Source: Phyllosticta citribraziliensis
Lineage: Eukaryota
Direction: 5' to 3'
Assembly (NCBI RefSeq): GCF_038025025.1
Contig: NW_027117351.1
Coordinates: 62,001 to 126,000, forward strand
DNA: 64,000 nucleotides
In this document: positions 1-11,537 of the stretch, one piece after another
Layout of the letters: each line of letters opens with the position of its first letter
Position numbering within the stretch: position 1 is the stretch's first letter
Notes under the pieces: model-generated
Seen by the model: the letters and a program-made list of their open reading frames with translations, nothing else
Databases searched by the model: none
Told to the model about the DNA's origin: nothing
Translations under genes and position numbers: made by a program

Positions 1-691
1 GGATAGAATCCATTTTCCCTTGACCTGCGCGATGAGCATCGAACAATGCTCCGGATTTGTTGTATCGAGTTTGCTGACCGAGTTACTCATTTGCAGAGCC
101 GTCTTTTTCGCCGCCATCGCCGTCGTTCTCGCATACACATACCAAGACAGCCTGCGCGACGCGCTGCGCGACTACACGGCAGCGGCACGATCATAGGCCC
201 GCCCGCCCGCCCGCCCGCCCGTCCGCCGGCTCGACGATGACCATTATTGACGGCAGATGTGCACGGCCCGCACGCAAGCGAAAACGAGCGAGCGAGTCGA
301 CCCAGACCATGCGTTCGTCGATCCCCTTGTTCTGGTTGGGTGCAATTGACATACCGTACATGGCTTGAGCCTCATCCGGGCTAGCTAGACCGACGCACCA
401 CTCCTGTCTCCCTTCGCACACATTTTTCTCCCTCTTCTATCTACCCTACCCCCTGGATCACTTGCGTCGCTGCTTGCGGCCTCTCGGGCGAATACATGGA
501 TGGTCGTCCGCTGTTGTGTGCTGAGCTTGCTCTAGCGCTCGTCGGTGGTTCTCTTCTCTGTCGTCTGCCTTGGGTTTCTTCGCTGCGGGCTGCTGTCGGA
601 CGTCGCGGTGGAAGCGAGCGCGGTTTGGTCTGGACTTACCCTTCTTTTTCATTTCGTGGCGGGGGATGGTGATGGTGATGGTGATGCGCCA

Positions 692-724
692 GCTGGCTGG
701 CTGGCTGGCTGGCTGGCTTGCTGG
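692..724. repeat. (GGCT)n microsatellite in an SSR-rich intergenic region (similar tract at ~1047-1088; (CCCG)n at ~197-221, (GTC)n at ~858-874, (TACC)n at ~1607-1630)
   Basis: Tandem GCTG/GGCT units read directly; surrounding ORFs are low-complexity translations of the repeats. Confidence 0.85.
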
Positions 725-1922
725 ACGGATGGACAGATGCATGGAGGTGTGCATTCTACCCACCTACGGTCCCTGGTGCGGTGTCTTGCTTCCTTCCAAA
801 CGACCAAACCTCGACCTTGACCGACCGACTTACCTCGGCCCTTTGCTACTTTTCTCCGTCGTCGTCGTCGTCGTCCTACGGCTGAAATGCTCACCTCTCT
901 ACTCATATTACTATTAATGCTCTACTCCTCCGTTCCCCTTCTTTCGTTGTCTCCTCCCGTCTGCGCTGTCCCTTTGCTGGTGGCTTGTGTGGGCGCGCGA
1001 AGTGTGTGCATGGCTTTGGTTGCAAGTATGTATGTATGAGTTCTACTGGTGGCTGGCTGGCTGGCCGGCTTGCTTGCTGGCTGGCTGGGAGAGGGGCGTC
1101 GAGAATGAAAAGTCAAATTGATTCGTATAACCCGCTTGCCTTTGATGTACTTTGGTTGAGTGGGCGAGGAGTTTGTGAGAGTCGTTGTGAGTTGATGTGG
1201 TTGGAGCCGTGACATGAGAAGTTTGAGTTTTTTGGTGAAAAGGATATAAAACCAAAAGAACTTCGAAAAGCTGGCAGAAAAAAAGGAGAGACGGGTAGTG
1301 CATAGATTCCGCTGGAAACGCGAGCAGATTTTTCCGGCTACTTCTCTCTACATCGCTTTGATGCTGCATACCTGAGATTCGTGGCCAATGGGTATCAAGT
1401 TGCAACCGTTAGGGAGGTAGATAGGTACATGTAGGTGGACGGGTCGATGACGATGACGTCACACACACTCGGACCAGGGGGCCCTTTCTCACCACAACAG
1501 CCGACAAAAAAAGTGAAGTAAGGTAAGCAAGCACTCGTTGATGTGATGCAAGGAGTTCCTTCACTACCAACTTGCGTACGGTACGCCGCTGCTCTGCGCT
1601 ATCTAACTACCTACCTATCTACCTACCCTACAGCTACTTAGATATTATTAAGAGAAGCGAAGCTGGTTGTCCATCCACACATCCATCCGCTGTGACATTG
1701 TGTCTGCCGTTCCTGTGCCTCGCCTTGCCATTGTCGAGTACCTCGTGCTGGTCTGCCCGCTTTTCTGCTTTCTGCGTTTCTGCATGCACTCCTTTCTGTC
1801 GTCCGCTCAGCTACCATCGCCGGACATGATCGATCCGCGGGAAACACGATTGACGGTCCAAAACCTTGGGTGATGTCCAGTCTCAATTCCAGCCTTTTCA
1901 CAGCACAACTGGCGCTTCTTTC

Positions 1923-3605
1923 TCAACCCGCCTTGCAGTAGTTCGCCGGAAAGCTGCCCTGCACGCCCCTCAACTCGCCCTGCCACCAGCTGTCCATAGC
2001 GTCTCCATCCTTTTTGACGACGCGGATGCGGTCGCCCTCGCGGAACGTCAGGTCACCAGGACCTTGGCCGTCAAAGTCGTACAGCGCCGTCACATACTCG
2101 GCGCGCGGCTGCATGTCAAACTTCTTTTTTGGGGGCGGCGGCGGGGGCTTCTTCTTGGCCGCGATGCCGGCCGCCAGGCCCTGCAGCGGCGTCGGCACGG
2201 CGCCATTGGTGGGAGCGCCGGGAGTCGTCGCCCCGTTGGAATGGGGGCGCTGCTGTGCGGCTGTGAAGTAGTCGGGCGGATCTAGCGGGTACGGCGGCGT
2301 AGGGGAGTACGAATTGGCGGTTGCAGGGCGCCGACCGGCAGAGTTGCCATCGTAGGGGACCAGAGTCGATGACGGAGACGACGAGGGGATGCGCGGTTTA
2401 TTGGCTGCAACCTTTGGTCGAGGTGCCAGGTTCACTGGAGCAGACGCGGTGATGTATTGCTGCTCCGGGGATGGCGGATTGCCGCGCGGCCGCGGTGGCT
2501 TGGGCGGAGGGTTTTCTTCGCCTGCCGTCGTGTTGGAGCTTGAGCGCAGCGAATTGAATGACGGCCGGCTTCCGAGGCGCGCGCGGCCAGAATTAAAGTT
2601 GTCTGATGCTTTGTTGCGCAGGTTGAAGCCCGTGTATGTGTCGTGCTTTTGCTCTGGGAGCTCCATGGGCTGCCGGACCACATTCGAGTTGACGAGTAGC
2701 TTGAAGCTTGTTTCGAGCTCCTTGCGCAACGGTGTAAAGGTCGCGTCCCATTCGCCCAGCACGTCCGACATTTCTGGCGGCGGCGAAGAGAACCCATATT
2801 GCTGGCAAAACTCATGCTGTACGGTGTAGAGGCTGGCGACAAGGTTATTCTGCACCTGGATCACGCTGGCGAGGAGGAAGGGCAGGAGGGAGAGCACAGC
2901 CGCCGTCACCCTAGGGAGATGAGATTGAAGGTGATGATCCGCAGCATCAAACTCGGTGAATGTTCTGTCCGTGTCTATCCGGTGTTTTGCGAGTGCAGAA
3001 TCGTCTCGAGCGGAGCGGTTGGCCGAGTTCTCAATCTTCTCAGCACGGCTCTTGTAGCGTTCATAGTCCAGCTTCAATAGAGTCAGCAGACATTGACTTG
3101 AATAGGGGATGCAAGGAGAAGCACCTTTTTGTCCTCGCGCTTCTGGATTGATTTGAACATGGGCTTGATGCTCTGGCGTGCGTTTTGCATGGGTCGAAGC
3201 AGCCGCGAGTCGATGAGGGAAATGTCCTCGTTCAAATCATTCTTCAGGTCCGTGTATAAGATCTTTAGTTTCGCCGTGCGCTCAGCCGTCTCTCGGGGTG
3301 TTTCTGACGGTATGTGTCCGCTGTTTGAGATTTCGCCGACGGCGTTGATGGGTTTGTAGAGAGCATCGAATTCGGACACCAACATGTGCTCGTGGTTGAG
3401 GATCTGAGACCACGCGTCGCGCCAATTCTTGGTCGCATCGAGCAGCTAGGCGAGTGTTAGCCGTGAGCAGGCTTGGAGGGAGCGATTGGATCACCTTTCC
3501 CAGCATCTGATCAACCTCCTTGAACTCGGCCACCATGGTCGCGACCTGGGCGTCGTCCTCCCCGTGGGGGAGAAAGGAGCCCACTCTGCGCTGGATACGC
3601 TGCAT
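1923..3605 (-). CDS. BAR-domain plus C-terminal SH3-domain protein (amphiphysin/Rvs167-like endocytic adaptor); 3 exons: 3605-3495, 3445-3125, 3071-1923
   Basis: Splices to MQRIQRRVG...MLGK|LLDATKNWRDAW...KREDKK|LDYERYK (helical BAR), then a Pro-rich linker and a canonical SH3 (ALYDFDGQGPGDLTFREGDRI...WWQGELRGVQGSFPANY). Both introns are GT-AG with CTAAC/CTGAC branch points. Confidence 0.85.
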
Positions 3606-3864
3606 GGTTGAGACGACGAACAATGCGCGCAGCAGCAACAAGGACAATGCAAGATAAAAGAGAGTGAAGGGCGGGGGAAGAGGGGGACAGGCAAACAAAC
3701 GGCCAATTGCGGAGGTTGTGAGAGGTGAGGGAGGTGACGAGCATACGTGGAGCGTGATTGGGGTGGAGCTTGCCTGCTGCTTGAGCTCAGCGGGGGCGCC
3801 GCCTGCTCGGTAGGGCCCCCCTGCACTCAACTTACCCTACGCTGCAGGCGTCGCGCTGACGCCA

Positions 3865-3870
3865 ACGCGT
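3865..3870. promoter_or_regulatory. MCB-like element (ACGCGT) in the divergent promoter of the BAR-SH3 and DUF2439 genes
   Basis: Perfect ACGCGT ~150 nt upstream of a putative DNA-repair gene; a single hexamer may be chance. Confidence 0.3.
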
Positions 3871-4019
3871 CAACCCACAGCGAGCCTCATCCACACCACC
3901 ACCCACACCTCTACTCAACACCACCGCGACCTGCGACGCCTCGTGAATGCTCCTCACCCATCGCGACCTGCTCGACCTCATGACTCCTCCTCACTCGTCG
4001 CGACCTGCTCAACCTCAGC

Positions 4020-5017
4020 ATGACCTTGCCCGCTAGCGCCGCTCCTACCGCCCTCCGCAACATCAAACCCCCCTCGCAAAACACCGCGCCAGTTCACGAA
4101 TTCGCCTGTCTTTACACCCACGACCTGCGCCGAAAGCAAAAGCGATGGCACGATGGCTTCCTCAAATTCCATACCTTCAACAAGCGCGCCATGGTCTATG
4201 ATCAGTCGCGAAATCACATTGGAGATACATACTGGAAGGAGGGCAATCAAATGCAAGAGGGTGACGAGCTCACTCTGGAGAATGGCGTCATCGTCGAAGT
4301 CGCCGAACCAAAGTCGACAACCCAGACAGACTTGACCCCAATACTCCGGAAGCGACCTGTCCCGGCATCCAGCAGCGGCGCAGTCGCGCAGCCTCCGAAT
4401 CGTCCTCTCAGCGCAGTACTTGGGACTCCGAAAGGCCCACTTGGAAAGGCTCAACTCCCCATCCGGTCGCCATTCGAGGAGAGACAACGAAACGACTGGA
4501 CAGCCAGGGAAAGGGCGACTAAACGTCAGAGGGTTGCACAAGTGCCTCCACAACGTAAGAATGCTCCTCCGCAACGTAAGAATGCTACTGACGCGATCGA
4601 GAAGCCATGGCTCCGCCGATGCGACAAACACCACTGACAGACCCGTCGCTTCCGCGCTCCAAGGATGTCATCGACTTAACCTCCGACGTCGAGGAGCCAA
4701 TGTCTTCTGATGTTACCATACCAAACACGCCCCCAGATCTCGGACGGCCTCCGGGACGTAAGAATACTCCATCTCCACGACCTAGGACTTTGAAGTTGAA
4801 AGCAGGCCCGCAAAAGAAGATGCTATTCTGCCAAGAACTGGCGGCGCCACCACAAGTGCGGCTCAAGACCGCACGACAAGCCTCCATTCAAACACTTCCT
4901 TCGGTAGAAAGCGACGTGGGTCCTTGGAGTACGGAAGCGATGGATCTGTTTGGCTGGTTACCTCCGGGATATGTTTTCAAGGGGCAAGGAAGGGGCTTTG
5001 GTTTGAAAACCCCTTGA
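4020..5017 (+). CDS. DUF2439 (ZGRF1-like N-terminal domain) protein, Mte1/Dbl2-like DNA-repair factor; two reading frames joined by a probable phase-1 intron (best guess 4555-4604) or a frameshift
   Basis: N-terminal EFACLYTHDLRRKQKRWHDGFLKFHTFNKRAMVYD is DUF2439-like. The second frame carries VIDLTSD and a C-terminal GPWSTEAMDLFGW motif. GTAAG donor, ACTGAC branch point and frame-compatible AG acceptors lie at the junction. Confidence 0.75.
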
Positions 5018-5084
5018 ACCAGGTATAGCAGAGAATGAAGACTCTTGAACCAGGTATAACAGAGAATCAAGACTCTTGAACCAG
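5013..5084. repeat. 31-bp tandem repeat (~2.3 copies) overlapping the DUF2439 stop codon
   Basis: CTTGAACCAGGTATAGCAGAGAATGAAGACT / CTTGAACCAGGTATAACAGAGAATCAAGACT / CTTGAACCAG. Confidence 0.9.
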
Positions 5085-6448
5085 TATTGCAGCTGCTAAC
5101 AACTAGGGACTACGGCTACAGTGCTATTCAGTAAAGCTGTGCAGTCGCGCTTACACGAGGAACATTCATTCCTTTCGACACCCACTTTGCCAGCGGAACT
5201 CTCTGCAAGCTGTCGGGAGCCCTCGGTCCCGTGTGCCGAAGTCCCTGACCACACATGGAGCAGCACACGCTAGCAACGGCTCCCTTCGACGTCTGAGCTT
5301 CACCTTCACCTCTCTGTCCCCTTCGGACACGCCGTCGCACGTGTCACTATCTTCAGTGTCAATTTCTACGGTAGCCGCTCCATCAGATTTGAACCGCGGC
5401 CCAAAGCTCGGCTACTGGATTACAGCGAGACAGTTGCAAATGAGGCTTCCAACTCCAGGTTTCAAAAGCCCTCGCGACGTCAGTCTTCGGCTGAATGGCC
5501 TGACGATTGAACACGAAGCGATGTCATCGCCAAGGAATTACTACGGATTTGAGGATGTAAAGTGTCTCAACGTCATTTCAACGGCTGAAGTACTCGTCGG
5601 AGTGGCGGAGGAGAGAGCCCGAGGGGCCTTGCCCAAGCGCTCGTAACGCACTGATGGTCTTCCAGTCCCATCATTCGCTCGTAACGCATGGATAGCGACA
5701 CAGCCCTACGGCCCTACGATCCACTTGGACGTCGTCACTCACCGGCTGTGCCACAGCCCTACCCCACTGACCGCTTTTCACAATGGAAGCTTGGGACGAT
5801 CTTCCTTTCCTGATGCGCGCCTTTGCGGAGGCGCATTCAAGCAAGAGAATCGCGGGAAGCAGACCTCGGGGTTGGCAACACCGAACACATCTTTGACAGT
5901 CCAATTGGCAAGACCCACGCACTGAGTCGCAAGTCTGTTCGATGAAACAACTGTTGATGGCCTGGCGCGTTCAACGCACGCACTGTGAATTATTCCCACC
6001 GCGGCGGATGTACCAGCCAGCGTGTCCTCGGTGCTCGGGCTTACTACTGCCCTCGGTGAACGCGTATTACCTATTCCCGCACTACTGGATTGTTTTAGAG
6101 GAAGCTGTTGCGCAATTACTGCTTTCAGACTAGCAAGACACTCAGCCTGCTTCCCCTGAAGCTCCTCGCCTTCTCGAAGGGCGACAGCGGCGCATTCCCG
6201 GAGCTCACCCGCGCCGATCAATTCGTAAGAGGACTGGGGCCCTGACCATTACTTCGTGGACGGCCACCACTGTGGTGGCCGGGCCGGTCCGCGTCACTGG
6301 AATGTCTCTACACCAAAGAGGGGTATGCTCGGGGGCGGCAGTGAGCTCCAAGTCTCTCGTATAGGGTGGGCTCACAGTCTCCCGTATAGCAGGATACACT
6401 GATGGACTAAGCTCACGTTGTTACCGTAAAGGGGTCTCCACGAACGGG

Positions 6449-6456
6449 TATATATG
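6449..6456 (+). promoter_or_regulatory. TATA-like box upstream of the Alt a 1-like gene
   Basis: TATATATG ~125 nt before the ATG, followed by a CA/CT-rich leader and CAAAATG start context. Confidence 0.5.
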
Positions 6457-6576
6457 AAGCTCTCGCAACCGTCCAAGAAGCCATCATCACAACAACTCAA
6501 CTCTCCAACTCACACTCTCTTCCAACCAACTACTTCCGATCTTTCGATCTTCCAAACCCAACCAACAACCATCAAA

Positions 6577-7020
6577 ATGCGTTTCTCCATCGCCGCCTCT
6601 GTCGCCGCCCTGAGCGCCCTTGCCTCCGCCGGTGCCGCCAACATCGAGACCGCCACCGTCACCGACCTCTCCATCCGTGACAACAACGGCATCCAGTCCG
6701 CCTCCTTCACCCTCCAGGGTGTCAAGTGCTCCGTCTCCTCCGGCGCTGAGATCGCCGACGGCAAGGAGGCCAAGTGCGGTACCTCCCAGTACCAGTTCGG
6801 CCTCTCCGGCTCCAACTCCGACTACACCCTCTCCGTCTCCAAGGACCAGGGCACTGGGTAAGTCTATTCCTTTACTGTCAAGATCACTGGACTGACTCGT
6901 CTCTACAGCGCCGGCATCACTGGCACCACCAAGGCCGCCGTCTACTGCCACGCTGGTGGCAACGGCGCCAACGACTTTGTCTGCTCCCAGACTGGCCAGA
7001 TCACCGTCACCCTCAAGTAA
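6577..7020 (+). CDS. Small secreted Alt a 1 (AA1)-like protein, 130 aa; exons 6577-6857, 6909-7020
   Basis: Signal peptide MRFSIAASVAALSALASA; 4 Cys; C-terminal YCHAGGNGANDFVCSQ matches the Alt a 1 motif YCRAGGNGPKDFVCQ; GTAAGT...CTGAC...CAG intron; strong C-ending codon bias. Confidence 0.85.
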
Positions 7021-9235
7021 ACGCTTGAGCCGGATTTTCGGACACCGCATATAGACACTATGTATCATAATCTCTAATAAACAATCGGCCTGACCGTTTG
7101 GATCTCAAAACTTTCCGCAAAACCGACAATTGTGATTCGACTGCACGACTGATGAATGACTTGGATGCTCTGCTTTCCACTTGGATCCCCTTGACCTTGG
7201 CCGCATGGAAATGAACCATGTGTGAATTCAGAGAGGCTATCAGAACAACCCAACAGAAGTTACTTTGGTGACATCTCCGCAATCGGTTCTGCGAGGCGGA
7301 AATCTTTGAGATGAACGTGTCATTCATGGCACGGCGGGTCTCGAAAGAATTGAGACTTTGTTCACCGCCGTTGCAGATAGCCTAGGGAGCTGTGGTTTAT
7401 TGCTGCAACTAGACCCAGGGAATCTCAATTCTTTCGACGCCAGCTGTGATGGCTTTGATTGATTACGTTCTGGACGTCCTTGCTCTTGCAACACATTCTC
7501 GCTTCACAAGACCCTTTGCTGGCCAAACCGCGATCTGGCCCCTGCGATCAGACCCTTGTTTCTTCCCCGGGTACTGCTCCAACGGCTCAAAACCCCAAAC
7601 GACGACAGATTCGATCAGCACACACTGTCCAAAAAACAACACGCGACCTCGATAGTCTAGCTTGCAATTAGTGCGGAGTTGACTGTTCAGTCAAAGGATT
7701 CGCAAGGACGTCGGACAGCAACGCTGTCGTTGCGTTGATGTCAGAAGTCGAGGAAGCATGGTTCGCAAAGCGACGAACTGTCCAGGATCACAGAAATGAT
7801 ATTTGGCTAAAGTCGGCGGCGTTTGAGAACGATCATTTTGCTTTGACAGAGACAGGCCAGTGCGATTAGAGAACAAGCTTCATTTTAAGCTTGTGAAAGG
7901 CGAGCTCTCTCGCCTCGACGTGTTGTCCATCAAGAATACATTGGATTCAGCAAGCGTCGTCAAATTGTTTGGCACTCAGTGCTATTCGATGGTAAGACGG
8001 AGACCCGACACTGTCGGTTGCCATAGCCAAATATCACGGAGAAGCAGCAAGACTTTTTCTACAATCCATCCGGAGGTGAGTTCTTCCACACGAATTCAGT
8101 CGCCTCGCAACATAGGTGTCGCAGCTGAGATCTAATTGAGATGGCGTGCTGAAGTAGGGCAAGCCTTACCGCCCCTCTCACAACCTTGTAGACCTCATTC
8201 CATCCAATCACTGATGCAGACTAAGATAAGAACCGCACCCCACGGATTCAACGTCTCTGCTTCATCATATTCTGAGACGACTTGTCTCTGAGGCCACCAG
8301 TAGGAGACAAGACCGCAGTCTTCTCGAAGAAAAACAATATCGCCGCTGCCAACCTCCGCAACACTGCCGTACTCCACTTTTGTATGTGCGTCTCGCATTC
8401 GCGGGAGTTGGAGGCCTGCGACGGCTTTCTCCAGGTGGTGTGGGTCGAAGGTGGCAGCGTTGATATCAAGTCGTCTGCGGAATCTCGAGGGTGGTGAGTA
8501 AGGGAAAGTCTCAGTGCAGCGCAACGAATCTTTCTGACCTGCGCCTCATCAGTATCCATCGAGCACGAGGCTCAATGCCGCGTGTAAATCACTGTGCAAT
8601 GCTCCGAATGTGTAACGTCGATCAGGCTCCTCCACATGCGCCTCCACCCGTAGGGAAACCGAGAGATCTTCCTTGTGCACAGCTCCACTGCATGGCCAGT
8701 CCGCCTCCAGCTCGCAATCGTCGGGAGGATCCGAGTTTGGCCAAGTCGACTAGACGTTTGGGTTGAGACTCCCGCCGTTGGGCTACCTCGCATACCCAAG
8801 AGGTAGAGAAATGGTCGTCGAATTGAGAACAATCGAGGCTGTAAAAGGGGGCTCCGGGCCAGATTCTGCATAGCCAACAAATCCGCTTTTCTTGGAAGAT
8901 CGAGGCTTTATAGCCTACAACGAGTCCAGGACGCCCAACCGTCGTCGCATTCGCCTGCGAGCTCGATGCGTTGGTGTAGCGGGGCTCAATCCGAATACGA
9001 GGGGTTAGGTCGATGTTGTCCTACGAGACCGAGGGGTATACTCCTGACGAAAGCGACCGCCAAGTGAAAAACAAACCCAATCTGGACTTTATACTGTTGC
9101 CTAATTAAACACTGCCATGGGTGCTGCAAGACCTGTAACACTTGTAGCGCCAGCATGGCGATCACAAAAGGACTTTTGCAGAACCACTTCCAACTTATAT
9201 GCCATCCCGGCCATTGAAACCGCCGTTTCGCACCA

Positions 9236-10356
9236 ATGCTTTTGACAATCGACTCCAATATCTGCCAGCAGTTCCCTCAGATCCCATTCTGTTCTCAAAT
9301 CCGTCAACTCTCTCCCACCGCTCCTTCAGCCGCTCCTCCAGCCAGCGCTGCGTCTACCAATTCCACCACCAATTCTACTACCCCTTCGGTCACACCTTCA
9401 ATTATGGAGAGTCTCCCGGCGGTTTCTCCAAAGGTGGTAGACCTTGCTGTGGCAGACCTCACCATCTATGCTGCTTTCATCCTTCCATCACTGGTCATTA
9501 CCTGGGTCCACGGCAAGACTGGCATGGTCGCCTGGCCAATTCTCATCTCGTACATCGCCATGCGTTTTCTGGGAGATGGCTACCTGATAGCACACCGCAC
9601 CGAGCCCGAGATTCCAAATGCCGTTGCCATCTTGAGCAATGCCGGTGCCACTGCTTGCATCACGCTGCTCATCATGGGAGTGATCTACGAGGCGTAAGTC
9701 GGGCAGCAACTGGATACTAACTCCACTGACACGTCTGTAGCAACATCATCTTGCCATTCAAAAGACGATGGTCTGACAAGATTTTCCTTGCAGCCGCCAA
9801 CTTGATCAACACTGCAGGAATTGGAATTGCCACGTACGGAGGAAGTCCCAACGAAAAGACTCGCACCCTGAACAGCCGCGCTCTGGACAAGACCGGCTGG
9901 ATCCTGCAGATTCTGGTCATGATCATCCTCATCGCCTGGCTCGGAGTGACCTGGCCTCGCACTCAGGCGGCCTTCCCATCTCGCTCCCAGCGTCCGGCCC
10001 TCTGGCTCTTCTGGTCCGCCGTCGCCAGCATCCCGTTCCAACTGGTCCACATCATCGGCAACACGGCACTCGCCTTCAATGGAACCAAAGCCTTGGACCC
10101 CATCATGGGCGCCTTCAGCACCAAGTTGTGGCTCGTCTTCTTCATGCACCTCGCTGCGTTCCTCGCGCTGGGCATCGGCGGCTGGATGAGCATCCCTCGC
10201 GGTTCCGACAGAAGCCAGTACAGTAGCAACAACCGCAGCCAGTCGCAGGAAGGTCTCGAGGTCGAGCGTACGAATACAGACGAGACTGACATCATTCCGT
10301 TGCACCCAGGTTTCTCCATTACCAACTTCACCTCCTTCCCCAAGATGAGATCTTGA
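9236..10356 (+). CDS. Fungal multi-pass (about 7 TM) integral membrane protein; intron 9694-9740; start at 9236 or 9404
   Basis: Successive hydrophobic helices across both exons; splice GVIYEA|NIILPFK keeps frame; Ser/Thr-rich N-terminus with NST sequons. Confidence 0.75.
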
Positions 10357-11537
10357 CCGCGTACTGGACATGTTCTTGAGTGTTGGGAGACTTTTCAGTC
10401 TGGGGTGAGGAGTTTTCTGGATCACTGCGTTTGAGAAGCGTTTTCGTTGCTGACTGCGAAATCTTGTTCTGTTGGTAGCTGGAGGCAGGCTTTCCGCCTG
10501 TCTTGGACGTCGTTCTGGCGCAGTAGCAGAAATGTTGATGCCTTGCAACCCCAAGACTTTTCGATATTTGCTCAAGCCGTGTCCCGACCGGCCGTGTCCA
10601 TCTGGTGCGGTATGCATGCCCAGCAGCTCAGCCACGAGAGCGGGAGATTTGCAAATACGAAAGACGACCCGCTTGGGAACCGATTCATGAAGACGCCGCC
10701 AATCACGCAATGGTCAGGTGTGAGACCTCCTCGGCGGTGACACTCGAATGTCCATCGCGCAGCAATTATTGCAAAACCGACCAATGAGCCGAGCAAGAAT
10801 TCGAAAGAGGATTTGGAAAATCGTATGCGTTTCACCAACAAGCTTGTTGCACCTTGAGCCAAAGCGAACGAGATCGCGACCAAGGAGAAAGCAATTGACG
10901 TTCTCGGAACGAGCATAATCCAGAACGCAGCCTATGAGGTGCTGGGCCGGGTTTGTCAAACGGGGACGTCCCTGCTGCGGGTAACCCTGTGCTGGTCGAC
11001 TTTTGGTTCGTCGGTTCGTGCCGCCGTCCCCATTGGCTGGCGTGCACGTATACCTGGATAGGCGATTGGTGAGGAATCACGTCGGCGAAATGGGACGGTT
11101 GTGGTTTTGGTCTGAAATGAAAGGGTTGATCTCATGTTGTGGCCGCTCACACCCTATGGCAAGCGGTTGTTGCTGTTTGGCATTTCGGGAACTTGAGGAT
11201 CCGAATCCAGACGTCGGCTGTGAATAATCTTGTACGACATCACTGGCTGTCGTCGCCACCTTCAGGAGAGATGGACGCACTGTCTAGCAGCGTCAGCATG
11301 TTGCGAGAGTCTCGAGATTCTGGGATCGACAGAAGGACGCAAGAAGTTGTATCCGCAGTGTATTGAATTCTGAGGCTTCGGCCAATGGCCTAAGCTGGGC
11401 GGAAGTTGTGAGCCGAGTTTTCATATCCAGATATGCGACGCCGCTGGAAAACGTGATCCCATGGTGTCACGATGGGAATGCTTCTATCCGATCAAAGTCG
11501 CGTCTGCCTGCGGAACTCCAAATGCGGCGAGATCCCC

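Noticed and set aside
6487..7068. Long antisense or alternative-frame ORFs (also 18465-19399, 27005-27940, 31213-31986, 41730-42641, 60385-61797)
   Set aside because: Shadows of strongly codon-biased genes on the opposite strand; no recognisable motifs.
10400..11500. Coding-like fragments between the 7TM and carboxylesterase genes
   Set aside because: No consistent spliced model or family motif could be built.
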